Source: Gemmatimonadota bacterium
GTDB lineage: Bacteria > Gemmatimonadota > Gemmatimonadetes > Gemmatimonadales > GWC2-71-9
DNA length: 64,000 nt
Assembly (NCBI GenBank): GCA_040388535.1
Contig: JAZKBR010000002.1
Coordinates: forward strand, 774,838-838,837
Direction: 5' to 3'
A program made the position numbers and the translations under genes. Below, in pieces: positions 25,892-35,291 of the stretch. The notes beneath the pieces are model-generated. The model searched no databases, was not told the DNA's origin, and worked only from the letters and a program-made list of their open reading frames with translations. Numbering within the stretch: position 1 is the first letter of the stretch; the number at the start of each line of letters is the position of its first letter.

Positions 25892-27060
25892 CAGTAGCCG
25901 CCGCCGCCTCCACCGCCGCTGCTCGACCCCGACCCGCCGAAGGACGAGCCGCCACCACCGCCCGACGAGCCACCGCTGCTCGACGATTCGCTGATGCGCG
26001 GCAGCGTCACGCTGACAACCCACGACGCGTGGCACGATGCACAGACGTAGGTGTCGTGGGCGAGCCCGCTCGAGGATGTCGTCGCGTGCTGGAGCACCTG
26101 GCGCGTCGACTTTGCCGTCCGGCGATGGCACTCCCGGCATTCGGAATAGCTGCTGAAGATCGCCTTGTAGGGAAGCACGAGGTGTTCGCCGCAGACGCAC
26201 TCCCAGACATCGTAATCAACGCTCTTGAGCTGCTCCTCGAGCTGCTGCCCGGGCACCAGCTGGGAGTCGTCGGCGCTTTCGCTCATTCGCGTCATCTGCC
26301 GACCGCAGCGAGGGCACTTCCGCGGCCGATTTCGCCGCCAGCGCCGGACACCAAAGAGCGAGGCAAGTGTGGCACCGATCCCGCCCGGAATGAACCAGAG
26401 GGGCGACGGCCCGTGGCGCTCCTCGCTCGGGGCCCCGGCGATCGGCATCGCGGTACTCGTGGATTCCGCGAGTCCCACGTCGCCCTGGAGCTTCAGGGCA
26501 ATTGCGTTCACACCGGCGGTGAGCGCCATGGGGTAATCGCGGGTCTTGAGAAACGGGATGATGGCGTCACGGCAGATCGATGCACTGGTGGCGTCGGTGA
26601 GAATCCCCTCGGCGCCTGTGCCTGGGGCGATGTAGCACTGCCCCTTCTTGTTCGGCGCGAGTTCCTTGGGCACGATCAGCAGCAGCACGCCGACATCGCG
26701 ATGCGCCGAACCGATCGCGGCAACACTGCCGACCTTCCAGTTCCGGTAGATCGCGACCGAGACCTGGTTGGGCGAGTAATCGCCGATGTCGGCGATGATC
26801 GCGACAGCAATGTCACCGAACCCGGCTCCCTGCAATTCGCGGATGCGCGCATCGAGCGCCGCGTGCGCGTCAGGGGTGAGCACGTGATTCGCGTCGGAGA
26901 CGAAGGACTCCGGCGTCGGCACCGGCGGGATGATCTTGCGGAGGGCAGGCGGGACATTGGTCTGCGTCTGGGCGATCAAGGGGTGCGCCGCACCAAAGAG
27001 GTGCGAGTGCGCTGCCAGCGGCGCACCTACGAGCCAAAGCGCGAGGGCGAAGCGAATCAC
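25891..27060 (-). CDS. TPM-domain (YgcG-like) membrane protein with cytoplasmic Cys-pair zinc-ribbon-like region and Gly/Ser tail
   Basis: 389 aa. Signal peptide; TPM motif [37 protein letters not shown]; [21 protein letters not shown] followed by [10 protein letters not shown]; then CPRC..CVC..CREC..CASC; C-terminal [31 protein letters not shown]. Confidence 0.75.
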   Translation of the reverse strand: MIRFALALWLVGAPLAAHSHLFGAAHPLIAQTQTNVPPALRKIIPPVPTPESFVSDANHVLTPDAHAALDARIRELQGAGFGDIAVAIIADIGDYSPNQVSVAIYRNWKVGSVAAIGSAHRDVGVLLLIVPKELAPNKKGQCYIAPGTGAEGILTDATSASICRDAIIPFLKTRDYPMALTAGVNAIALKLQGDVGLAESTSTAMPIAGAPSEERHGPSPLWFIPGGIGATLASLFGVRRWRRNRPRKCPRCGRQMTRMSESADDSQLVPGQQLEEQLKSVDYDVWECVCGEHLVLPYKAIFSSYSECRECHRRTAKSTRQVLQHATTSSSGLAHDTYVCASCHASWVVSVTLPRISESSSSGGSSGGGGGSSFGGSGSSSGGGGGGGY

Positions 27061-27476
27061 CGTGCGAAGACCTGACTCGGATCCTTGAAGGCCTTGAACT
27101 CGAGTGCATTGCCGGCGGGGTCGAGAAAGAACATCGTCGCCTGCTCACCGACCTGACCGACGAACCGAATCCCCGGCTCGATGATGAAGACGATACCGAG
27201 ACTGCGCAGGCGGTCGGCCATCGCGTGCCAGGCGTTCCACTCGAGGATCACGCCGAAGTGCCGGACCGGCACCGCGTGCCCATCCACCTGATTGGCAGCG
27301 CTGCGGTGTACGTCGTTGGGGGAGAGGTGGGCCACGATCTGGTGACCGTGGAAGTCGAAATCGATCCACTGATCGGAACTGCGCCCTTCGCGACAGCCCA
27401 GCAGGCCGGCATAGAAGGCGCGCGCCGCGGCGAGGTCATCCACAGGAAAGGCGAGGTGGAACGGGGCAACGGACAC
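27057..27476 (-). CDS. VOC (glyoxalase/bleomycin resistance/dioxygenase) family protein
   Basis: 139 aa. [44 protein letters not shown]. Stop overlaps the start of the TPM gene. Confidence 0.8.
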   Translation of the reverse strand: MSVAPFHLAFPVDDLAAARAFYAGLLGCREGRSSDQWIDFDFHGHQIVAHLSPNDVHRSAANQVDGHAVPVRHFGVILEWNAWHAMADRLRSLGIVFIIEPGIRFVGQVGEQATMFFLDPAGNALEFKAFKDPSQVFAR

Positions 27477-27538
27477 GTCACGGGCTCCGGAGCGATGAGT
27501 CCTAAAAGGTACTCACCCCCGGCGGCGGGACCTACGGG

Positions 27539-28837
27539 CTACGGCACCGTCCGCACGGGCGCCGCTGCGGGATCGCTGCTGCGCCGGATGACGAATCGCG
27601 ACACGCCACCGAGCGGCAGCCAGGCACCGTCGGGGCCGGTGCGCAGCGTCTCGCCGGTGGGATGAAGGAACAACCCGCTGGCATCAACGGTGTCGATGGC
27701 GATCACCGCGGAGAGATCGCCCACTTCGCGTAGCCGCGGATTGGTGTGCAGCAGGAGATCGTCGAAGGTGAGTGAAAGGTCCGCGCGGAACGGAGCCTGG
27801 CCCGGGAGCACCAGCATCCCGCCGCGAATGAGCAGATCGACTGCCCCACCGGAATTGGGTGGCAAAGCGTCGTAAGCGAGTGATGTGCCGCTCGCACCGC
27901 GGCTGGTTGCGATGGCGTCGAGTGCCACGAGGAGCGCGGCGCCGTTCATGCCACGCAGTCGCTGCTTGTCGGGGTCGCCGGGAAGCGCACCACTCTCGAT
28001 CAGCACCGTGCTGGTGCCCCAGGTCTGCATCAGGTCGCCGAAGGCCCGCGGGTTGAACCCCTCGTCATACTTCGCCACTCGCCCCGGAATCGAATCGGCG
28101 AGTGCGCGGGCGATCGTCGCAGCGATCCGGCGCGCGGTGCTGCGGACCGCGTCGTAGCGGCCGGTCGCGTCGATCGCCGGTGCGAGCAATGCGATCGCGG
28201 CTTGCGGCCCGGTGGTGCCAGCGCGCGTGCGGGCGCCCTGATCGTGCAGGTTGAAGCCGAACGCCGGCTTCAGCGAGTCGTGCAGCGCCTTGAGCGCGCG
28301 GGCTTCCGGCGTCGACAACCGCCGCGCATCGCGGTTGACGTCAATGCCCGCCGCATTCTCGCGCTGGAATCGCTCGGCGCCATCGGGGTTGAGCATCGGG
28401 ACAATGGTGATGGTGAGGGCTCGGCTGAGCCGTTCACGCAGCGGATCAGCTGCAGGGTCGGCGAGCCACGCGAGTATGTCAGCAAGCGCCATCGTCGCGG
28501 TGGACTCGTCGCCGTGCATCTGCGACCAGAGCAGGACGCGCGTGCTCCCCTTGCCGAAGGTCACGGCGCGGAGTTCGCGGCCGAGCATGGATGTGCCGAT
28601 CGGAGTCACCGAGAGCGCGGGCGATGCAAGTGATGGTGCTACGGCACGCCAGTATGCCGCGTGGCCGATGCGGCGGCTGTCGACTGCCGTAACTCGATAC
28701 GGGGCAAGCGTGCGGAACCCATCGGTGAGTGAGGTCGCGACGCCCGGCGCCGGGGTACTGCCAACCGGAATCCTTCGCCCGCTGGCGCAGGCCGCCACCA
28801 GGAGCAGTCCGGGGAGCAGCGAGACGCGGGGTTTCAC
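27539..28837 (-). CDS. M14 family zinc carboxypeptidase (secreted/lipoprotein)
   Basis: 432 aa. MKPRVSLLPGLLLVAACA lipobox; zinc motif LWSQMHGDESTATMAL (HxxE); NPDGAERFQRENA. Confidence 0.82.
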   Translation of the reverse strand: MKPRVSLLPGLLLVAACASGRRIPVGSTPAPGVATSLTDGFRTLAPYRVTAVDSRRIGHAAYWRAVAPSLASPALSVTPIGTSMLGRELRAVTFGKGSTRVLLWSQMHGDESTATMALADILAWLADPAADPLRERLSRALTITIVPMLNPDGAERFQRENAAGIDVNRDARRLSTPEARALKALHDSLKPAFGFNLHDQGARTRAGTTGPQAAIALLAPAIDATGRYDAVRSTARRIAATIARALADSIPGRVAKYDEGFNPRAFGDLMQTWGTSTVLIESGALPGDPDKQRLRGMNGAALLVALDAIATSRGASGTSLAYDALPPNSGGAVDLLIRGGMLVLPGQAPFRADLSLTFDDLLLHTNPRLREVGDLSAVIAIDTVDASGLFLHPTGETLRTGPDGAWLPLGGVSRFVIRRSSDPAAAPVRTVP

Positions 28838-29307
28838 TCCGGTGAAGACTCCGGGCGCTCGGCCCGCAGGGTCCGCGCCAGCAGTGTGGTCATCTCATCG
28901 ACGGTGAACGGCTTGGCCAGAAAGGCATCCACCTCGAGCGACGCGACAAGTTCGGCCGTGCTCTCGTCGGAGAGTCCGCTCACGGCGATGACCAGGATGT
29001 CGGGGTTGATCACGCGCAGGGCGGCCACGGTCGCCGCACCATCCATCACCGGCATCATCATGTCGGTCAACACGAGGGCGATGTCGCTCCCGTGCTCGCG
29101 ATAGAGTGCGACCGCTTCGGCACCGTGTTCGGCGGTGAGGACGCGGTAGCCGAAGAACTCGAGCGTTTTCGCGGTGACCTGCCGCAGCCCCGCTTCATCC
29201 TCGACAATCAAGATCAGTTCGCCGTTGCCGCGGGTCGGCCTGGTCACTGCCGGCCGCGGCGCCGCGCGGCGAATGGCGGTGCGACGACCGGAATCGTGAA
29301 CTGTCAT
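28834..29307 (-). CDS. Stand-alone receiver (CheY-like) response regulator
   Basis: ORF 28834..29439 trimmed to ATG 29307, which overlaps the msrB stop. ILIVEDEAGLRQV, VLTDMMMPVMDG, AFLAKPF. No output domain. Confidence 0.8.
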   Translation of the reverse strand: MTVHDSGRRTAIRRAAPRPAVTRPTRGNGELILIVEDEAGLRQVTAKTLEFFGYRVLTAEHGAEAVALYREHGSDIALVLTDMMMPVMDGAATVAALRVINPDILVIAVSGLSDESTAELVASLEVDAFLAKPFTVDEMTTLLARTLRAERPESSPE

Positions 29308-29789
29308 TCCGCTGCCGGATCGGCCAGCGACGCGAGGTCGCTCGCTTCGGTGAACGCGAGCGATTCCGAATTGAGGCAGTGCCGCTGGCGAGTGGGCGCC
29401 GGGCCATCGTCGAAAACGTGTCCGAGATGCGCCTTGCATCGCGAGCAGCAGATCTCGGTGCGGATCATCCCGTGTGTCGCGTCCATGATCGTCAAGATGT
29501 TTTCCCGCGCGATCGGCCGCACGAACGACGGCCAGCCGGTGCCGGAATCGAATTTGTCACTCGACGCAAAGAGGGGGAGGTGGCAACAGACGCAGGTATA
29601 GACTCCCTCCTTCTTGTTGTCGAGCAGGGTACCGCAGAACGGTGCCTCGGTCCCGCGTGAGCGGGCGACGCGATACTGCTCTTCGGTAAGCTGGGCGCGC
29701 CACTCGGCATCGGTCTTGACGACGGAGGAGACAGGGATCGGGCCGACCAGTTGGCCGGCCCGATTGAAGACTCGGAGTGAAAGAGGCAT
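29304..29789 (-). CDS. msrB: Peptide-methionine (R)-S-oxide reductase
   Basis: 161 aa. GVYTCVCCHLPLFASSDKFDSGTGWPSF, CSRCKAHLGHVFDDGP, RHCLNS. Confidence 0.92.
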   Translation of the reverse strand: MPLSLRVFNRAGQLVGPIPVSSVVKTDAEWRAQLTEEQYRVARSRGTEAPFCGTLLDNKKEGVYTCVCCHLPLFASSDKFDSGTGWPSFVRPIARENILTIMDATHGMIRTEICCSRCKAHLGHVFDDGPAPTRQRHCLNSESLAFTEASDLASLADPAAE

Positions 29790-29832
29790 TTCCTAAGGTA
29801 GCCCCGGCCGCAAGGGGTCCGCTTCCGGAGGA

Positions 29833-32229
29833 CTACTGACGCTTCCCGGGGCAGTCGATGAGGGCGCCGCGGTGACGCTGAATGAGCGGCAGCAACTGGG
29901 TTTCGGTGAAGGTCATCGCCGCATCATTGGTGGAGTTCCGAAACCGGAAGTAGACCACGGCCATCACGCCGCAGCGCGCGGCGGCACCGCGGAAGCCATT
30001 GGCGGGCACCAGCCCCATCACCAGCGTCTTCGCAAAGACCCGGTCATCGCTATCACCGAGTGTGCCGGTCTTGCCGAGTGGACGGACCTCGTGGTTGAAG
30101 CGCTGGCGGACCGCGTCACCCACCACGCGTCCGGTCCCTCCCGCCTGGAAGACATCGGTGAGGCCACCCATCAGCTCCGGGTACCATCCTTCACGAGCGA
30201 ACCGCATCACCGGCATCCGCTCGATCGACCGCTCCACCGGGGATGCCACCAGCGAGATGCTCACCTGCCGATCGGTGATGATGCGCAGATACGCCTCGCC
30301 GAGCCGAAAGAGCGAGATGCGATTCTCACCGGCACCGATGGCGTAGGTCGCGAGTCCCCGCACCGGCTCGCGCTGCTGACCCCACGGGAGCAGGTCGAGT
30401 CGCGATGGGAGAATTTCCGCCACCGACCCAGGGTTCACTGCCGTCAGCGATGGATTGGCGCCGTTCGAGACAAAGCCGACGGCGACCGAATCCCACGGCC
30501 GGCTCTCACGCTGGGCGCGCGCGAGCTCCGCGCTGGCGGTGAGATCGAAGGTCCGATCGAGTCCGGCGCGCAGGGTACTCGCGTGGAAGAGCTGCTCGGA
30601 GATGCCGCCGGCAGGGAGCGAGCTCACGAATAGCCGATTGCCACTCGACCCCTGGCGCATCGCGCCGGTCTGCATCCCGCTCGGCGCTACACTCGGCGAG
30701 CGCTCCTCGGCGCTGCGCATCCCGAGCGCCGTGAGCGACGCCGCATACAGGTTGCTCGAGCAGGTGAGGAAGAGCCGCAAGCCGACCCAGGTGTGCTTCG
30801 GGCAGGCATGGCCCACCTCGAACGCGGCATCACCGAACGACGCCGTGCCGAGGGAATTCACGACATCCTCGCCGCCGTGGTAGACCTCGAGTGAACCGAG
30901 TTCCGGCCACTGACTCAGGATCGATGCCGCGAGGATCGGCTTGATCGCCGAGCCCACGGTCACCGGCTGCCGGAGCCAACTGAGGCCGTCGCGCGCGCGG
31001 CCGACTTCGCCTATTGCACGAACTTCACCGGTCGCGATGTCGAGCAGCAGCACCGAGGCGAAGCGCAGATCGCTGCGAACCACTTTCGCATTGCCGGCCA
31101 CGAAGGCATTGAGCCGGGCGTTGAGCTCGGTCGTGAGTTCGGGGTCGATGGTAAGCCGCAGGAAACGGTCTGCACCTGATTTGGCGACCAGCGAATCGGG
31201 GAGTAGTGCCCCCGCGCCCAGCGCATCGTGCAGATAGATCGGCAATCCGGGGAGCATCGGAACCCACTGCAGGCGGCCGTTGATCCAGCGCACGCCACCG
31301 AGCGGCTTGCCGGGTGTCCGCGACACCACGGCCGGCTCGATGAGCGCACTGTCACCGAGGCGCAGGTCGACCAGGGCACCGCGCGGCAACGCCACCTCCT
31401 TGCCGGGCGGCACCAGCACGCCATCGAGGCGCAGCTTGAGTTTCGCAGGAATCACCTTGATGGAGAGTGCGCCGAGTCGCCCGCCTTCGGTGATGTTCAC
31501 CTCTTTCGCCGGGCCACCACGCTCGAGACACTGCAGCGCCGTGAGCCCGGCCGGTTGCATCGCGCGGAGCAGGCAGCCCGTGGGCGGAAGCGAGTCGCGA
31601 CCACCAATGAGTGCCATCGCCTTGCGTGACGTGAGACTGTACTTCCCCGCAATGGAACCACGACCGAGCACGCCGAAAGTGGTTGACGCGACCGGCGCCC
31701 GTACGCGGAGATTCTCGATCGCCACCCGCGAGGAGAGTCGCAGCGTGTCGGGGCCGTCATCACCGGCGAGCAGAATTGACGGTGTCGGCGAGCCGCAGAT
31801 TTCCTCGAGATCAAGTTGCCCCAGGCGAGCGAGGCGCACCTGCTTGCGACGGATGCCGTTGTACGCCTGCACCTGATCGGCGAGGAAGCCGCCATCGCGC
31901 AAGGCCGGGTAGCGGCCACGCTCCGCCGGATCGACGCGGAGCGTGTCGGCACAGAGTGGCGCGCCAGTCGGTCCCGAGACCGCGAAGCGATCGACTGTGA
32001 CGCCACGCGCCAGCGGATTGCGATCGCGCTTCGCGCCGAGAATTGTCTCCATCCGGCTCTCGAGCGTCGCATACGCGACCGCGAACGGTCGCTTGGCGCC
32101 GAGCGATGTGCTCCAGAGTCGGATGCCGACGTAGAGGAAGCCGCAGAGGTTCAGCACGATGATCGCCGTGATCACCGCGCGGATGTCGAAGGAGCGCGAG
32201 CCGGGCTTGAGCTGCAGGGGTTCACTCAT
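29833..32229 (-). CDS. Divergent class-B-PBP-like transpeptidase-domain protein (N-terminal TM anchor + ~440-aa unrecognised domain)
   Basis: ORF 29833..32403 trimmed to ATG 32229, which overlaps the stop of the SEDS-like gene. TM AVITAIIVLNLCGFLYVGIRLW; SxxK VTVGSAIKP; SxN LTCSSNLY; KTG LGKTGTLGD. Confidence 0.75.
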   Translation of the reverse strand: MSEPLQLKPGSRSFDIRAVITAIIVLNLCGFLYVGIRLWSTSLGAKRPFAVAYATLESRMETILGAKRDRNPLARGVTVDRFAVSGPTGAPLCADTLRVDPAERGRYPALRDGGFLADQVQAYNGIRRKQVRLARLGQLDLEEICGSPTPSILLAGDDGPDTLRLSSRVAIENLRVRAPVASTTFGVLGRGSIAGKYSLTSRKAMALIGGRDSLPPTGCLLRAMQPAGLTALQCLERGGPAKEVNITEGGRLGALSIKVIPAKLKLRLDGVLVPPGKEVALPRGALVDLRLGDSALIEPAVVSRTPGKPLGGVRWINGRLQWVPMLPGLPIYLHDALGAGALLPDSLVAKSGADRFLRLTIDPELTTELNARLNAFVAGNAKVVRSDLRFASVLLLDIATGEVRAIGEVGRARDGLSWLRQPVTVGSAIKPILAASILSQWPELGSLEVYHGGEDVVNSLGTASFGDAAFEVGHACPKHTWVGLRLFLTCSSNLYAASLTALGMRSAEERSPSVAPSGMQTGAMRQGSSGNRLFVSSLPAGGISEQLFHASTLRAGLDRTFDLTASAELARAQRESRPWDSVAVGFVSNGANPSLTAVNPGSVAEILPSRLDLLPWGQQREPVRGLATYAIGAGENRISLFRLGEAYLRIITDRQVSISLVASPVERSIERMPVMRFAREGWYPELMGGLTDVFQAGGTGRVVGDAVRQRFNHEVRPLGKTGTLGDSDDRVFAKTLVMGLVPANGFRGAAARCGVMAVVYFRFRNSTNDAAMTFTETQLLPLIQRHRGALIDCPGKRQ

Positions 32230-35200
32230 GCGCTGCTCCCCGGCGCCGCGAGGGCCATCACTTCGCCTCGCCCGATGAACGCGGCTCCCTGCGCCGCCAG
32301 CCCGCCATAGAGCAGCACGTCGACCCAGGAGTTGAGCCCGAGGAAGGGAATGTTCTGGCCGGTGAGTGGGAAGACACCGAGGTTGGCGCCCGCCACGTAC
32401 CACGCCGGAATCGAGATGAGCAACGCCGCGGCGAAGAGGAAGGCGGCGTCGTGCGTCTCGACCCCTCTGCGCCGGAGCAACGGCAAGAGCATCAGCGTGG
32501 GGAGTGCCGCGTAGAGCAGCAGCACCGCGAGTCCACCGATCAGCCCGTGCTCCTGCAGCACGAAGACGTCAAAGGTGTTTTCGGCGTATGCGACCGCGGT
32601 GGGCACGCCACGGCCGAGCGGTGCGGGCGAGACGAGGCCTTCACCACTCCACCCTGCGACCGCGTATGCGAGTCCACCCTGCACCTGTTCCACCGAGCGG
32701 ATGATCTCCTCTCGCGCGGCCGAGGGTCCCGCGGTCAGGAGCATCGCCTCGAGGTAGTCGGGATCGTGTGCCGCAATGCCACGGACCAGTGCGCGGGACG
32801 ACGACGGCCAGAAGCGGAGCGGACCGCCGAGACCGCGGAAGGCCTGGTCCTGTTCGACGGCCGAACTGCCGTTGCGGATCGCCACCTTGAGCCGTTCGGT
32901 GCGCGGGAAGAAGACCGGCAACAGGAGCAGCAGCGCGACGAGTCCTCCAACGCCGTAGGTCACGAGCAGTCGCTTGCGCCACGCCGACGCTCCCGGCGGG
33001 ATGGCGAGGAGGAAGGCGAGCGTCAGCGGAATACCCGCGACGAGGGCGAGGCCGGTATCGGCGCGCGCCATCAGCACCACGAGCACCGCCGGCATCGCGG
33101 CCCAGAGCCAGCGTGATCGCTCCGGAATCCGGAAGTTGTCGACCAGCGATTCGAAGGCGCGACCGCGGCGGGCGAAGAGATTGAGCGCGACGAGGATGCT
33201 CGCAAAGAGCGCCATCCGGCCGAGGCGAGAGGCGGGCGAGACCACGACGACAAGGAAAGTTGCTGTCGTGATGAACATCATCAGTGCGCGCTGCCACTTC
33301 ACGGCCCAGGAACCAAGACCGCGTAGCGCCACGCTCCAGCCCAGCGACGCTCCTGCGGCGATCGTGGCGTAGGCGAGCACGCGGGCGAGCACATCGATCG
33401 GTACCCGCGCCCCTTCGCCCGATATGCCGGCGAAGAGCACCGTGACCGTACCACCGATGAGGGTGAGCATCGGCAGGCGCTCGCGGAGCTGGTCGCGATT
33501 GGTCCCTTCCCGTGCGAGGAAAGCGAGGAGCGCCACGGCACTGACGACCAGAAGTCCCGACGGGAGCGGGGCACGCGTCGGGTTGAACCAGTAGAGCGGG
33601 GCCAGCACCACCGCGACGGCAACGGCGATCATCAGTGCGTGGCGACGACCGAAGCGGTCGAGCCACGCGATGAGCTGTTCGCCGCGGATGACGAGCACGA
33701 ATCCGACGATCACGACACACCACATCGCGAAGGCGGTGTTGCGCCCGCTCTCGACATACGGATTGGCCTCGGCGATGCGCAGCCCGAGGATCAGGCGCAG
33801 CCCGAGAATCGCGAGCACGACCATGCCCAGCACCATCGCGTCGGCACCACGGATGACCGGGATGCTTTCATCGGCATCACTGCGACTGCCGCGCCGCGCG
33901 ATCCCGATCGTGCCGAACACCATCAACAGGAGGCCGATGCACGCCACGATGATGCGCGCACCATCGGAGGCAGTAAGGTGGGTGAAGCGCAGCAGGTAGC
34001 CTGCAGCGGCGCGGGTCGGAAAGGCGGTGACCAGCGCTTCTTCGCCGAACGACATCGAGTCACGCAGTGCGACGTGGGTCACGAACTCGACCCCGTCCTT
34101 GCTCTCGACCGCTCGGCCCACCGCGAAATATCGGGAGGTGTCGAGACCGAGTCCGGCGAAATAGAGCAGCGGCGAGGTACCCGGAATCAGGTGGCTCGAG
34201 ACGATGCCGCATTCGCCATCGGTGACGCCATTGGATACGCAGACCGAGCGCGGCGGGAGCGCCGAGAGCAGCGGACGCGGATTCCGGACGAAGCGCACGA
34301 CGGCGAGCTGAGTGTCTTCGTCCTGCACGCCGCGCGATTCGAGGGCGAACTCCCAGCGCCTGCCGCTGCTCATCACTTCGACCGTGTCGCCTGGAGCAAC
34401 CTGTGCCGAGGTGGTGGTGCCGGTGATGGCCGCGCCAAGCGCAGATGGCGTGATGACCAGGTCGCGCTGCGCGCGCAGGTGGCTGAAGCGGAGCGCGCGA
34501 TCGAGATAGCCGGCATCGGGAAGCGAGGCCGAGAATGAGGCGGCCCAGCGCGGCGGCGGGCGCGACCAGAGCAACCGGTCGAGCGTGATGCCGGCGTGCA
34601 GGTCGCGCTCGCGCCGGTGGTCCAGCACCGGATCGGCATCGTCCCGGCCACCAGGCGAGAGGAACGCGGTGTCGGGAGTGGCCACGAGGACGAGGTTGCC
34701 GGCCGCGTCGCGCCGGAGCGCCATCGATGCCGTGGTGGTGTTGGAGCCGCGATCGGTGAGGGTGATTGCGCTGCCGCCGATGGCGAGCGCGGCTCCGCGC
34801 AACGGCCCCCCGCCACGTTCGGGTCGGGTTGCGATCGCGTCGACGCCATCGAGCGAATCGAGGCGGAAGGCGCCGCTGTCGCCGCGGGTAAGAAAGAGCT
34901 GCCAGCCAGGGACTGAATCGCCTGGTGTGGCGAGCCGTGCGGAAACACCGGGCACCGTGCCCACGCTGAAGTGTCCCTGGCGCGTGGGAAAGGCGACGCC
35001 GCGCAGCTCGAGGCGAGTCTGGCTGGCCTGATTCATCAGCGCGAAATACGACGCGATGACACCGATCAGGACGACGCAGAGGAAGGCGGGAATCACGCCG
35101 GTCGGAAGATGTTCGCGGCGCAGCACGCGCCACGCTGCGCCGACAATCCAGCAGAGTTCGAGCAGCAGGGCGGCGGAGAGCACGCGCGGCGGAGCGGTCC

Positions 35201-35291
35201 GCGCTACGACCAGGATGATGACGCCAGACAGGATCGCGAGACCGGGGAGCGACAGAAGCGTCTGACGCAGCGCCTGCAGGAGCCGGCTCAC
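32226..35291 (-). CDS. Giant (1021 aa) polytopic membrane protein with C-terminal SEDS (FtsW/RodA/SpoVE)-like domain
   Basis: C-terminal motifs ENTFDVFVLQEHGLIGG and GVFPLTGQNIPFLGLNSWVD resemble the SEDS signatures (TDFIF..GEELG..G; P.TG..LPF.SYGGSS). More than 12 predicted TM helices. N-terminal TM hairpin plus ~370-aa soluble insert of unknown fold. Confidence 0.7.
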   Translation of the reverse strand: MSRLLQALRQTLLSLPGLAILSGVIILVVARTAPPRVLSAALLLELCWIVGAAWRVLRREHLPTGVIPAFLCVVLIGVIASYFALMNQASQTRLELRGVAFPTRQGHFSVGTVPGVSARLATPGDSVPGWQLFLTRGDSGAFRLDSLDGVDAIATRPERGGGPLRGAALAIGGSAITLTDRGSNTTTASMALRRDAAGNLVLVATPDTAFLSPGGRDDADPVLDHRRERDLHAGITLDRLLWSRPPPRWAASFSASLPDAGYLDRALRFSHLRAQRDLVITPSALGAAITGTTTSAQVAPGDTVEVMSSGRRWEFALESRGVQDEDTQLAVVRFVRNPRPLLSALPPRSVCVSNGVTDGECGIVSSHLIPGTSPLLYFAGLGLDTSRYFAVGRAVESKDGVEFVTHVALRDSMSFGEEALVTAFPTRAAAGYLLRFTHLTASDGARIIVACIGLLLMVFGTIGIARRGSRSDADESIPVIRGADAMVLGMVVLAILGLRLILGLRIAEANPYVESGRNTAFAMWCVVIVGFVLVIRGEQLIAWLDRFGRRHALMIAVAVAVVLAPLYWFNPTRAPLPSGLLVVSAVALLAFLAREGTNRDQLRERLPMLTLIGGTVTVLFAGISGEGARVPIDVLARVLAYATIAAGASLGWSVALRGLGSWAVKWQRALMMFITTATFLVVVVSPASRLGRMALFASILVALNLFARRGRAFESLVDNFRIPERSRWLWAAMPAVLVVLMARADTGLALVAGIPLTLAFLLAIPPGASAWRKRLLVTYGVGGLVALLLLLPVFFPRTERLKVAIRNGSSAVEQDQAFRGLGGPLRFWPSSSRALVRGIAAHDPDYLEAMLLTAGPSAAREEIIRSVEQVQGGLAYAVAGWSGEGLVSPAPLGRGVPTAVAYAENTFDVFVLQEHGLIGGLAVLLLYAALPTLMLLPLLRRRGVETHDAAFLFAAALLISIPAWYVAGANLGVFPLTGQNIPFLGLNSWVDVLLYGGLAAQGAAFIGRGEVMALAAPGSSA

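Noticed and set aside
25891-25990. GC-rich triplet-like repeat (ccgccgcc/ccaccgcc) at the 3' end of the TPM gene
   Set aside because: It is in frame and encodes the Gly/Ser-rich C-terminal tail typical of YgcG/TPM proteins. It is not an independent non-coding repeat.
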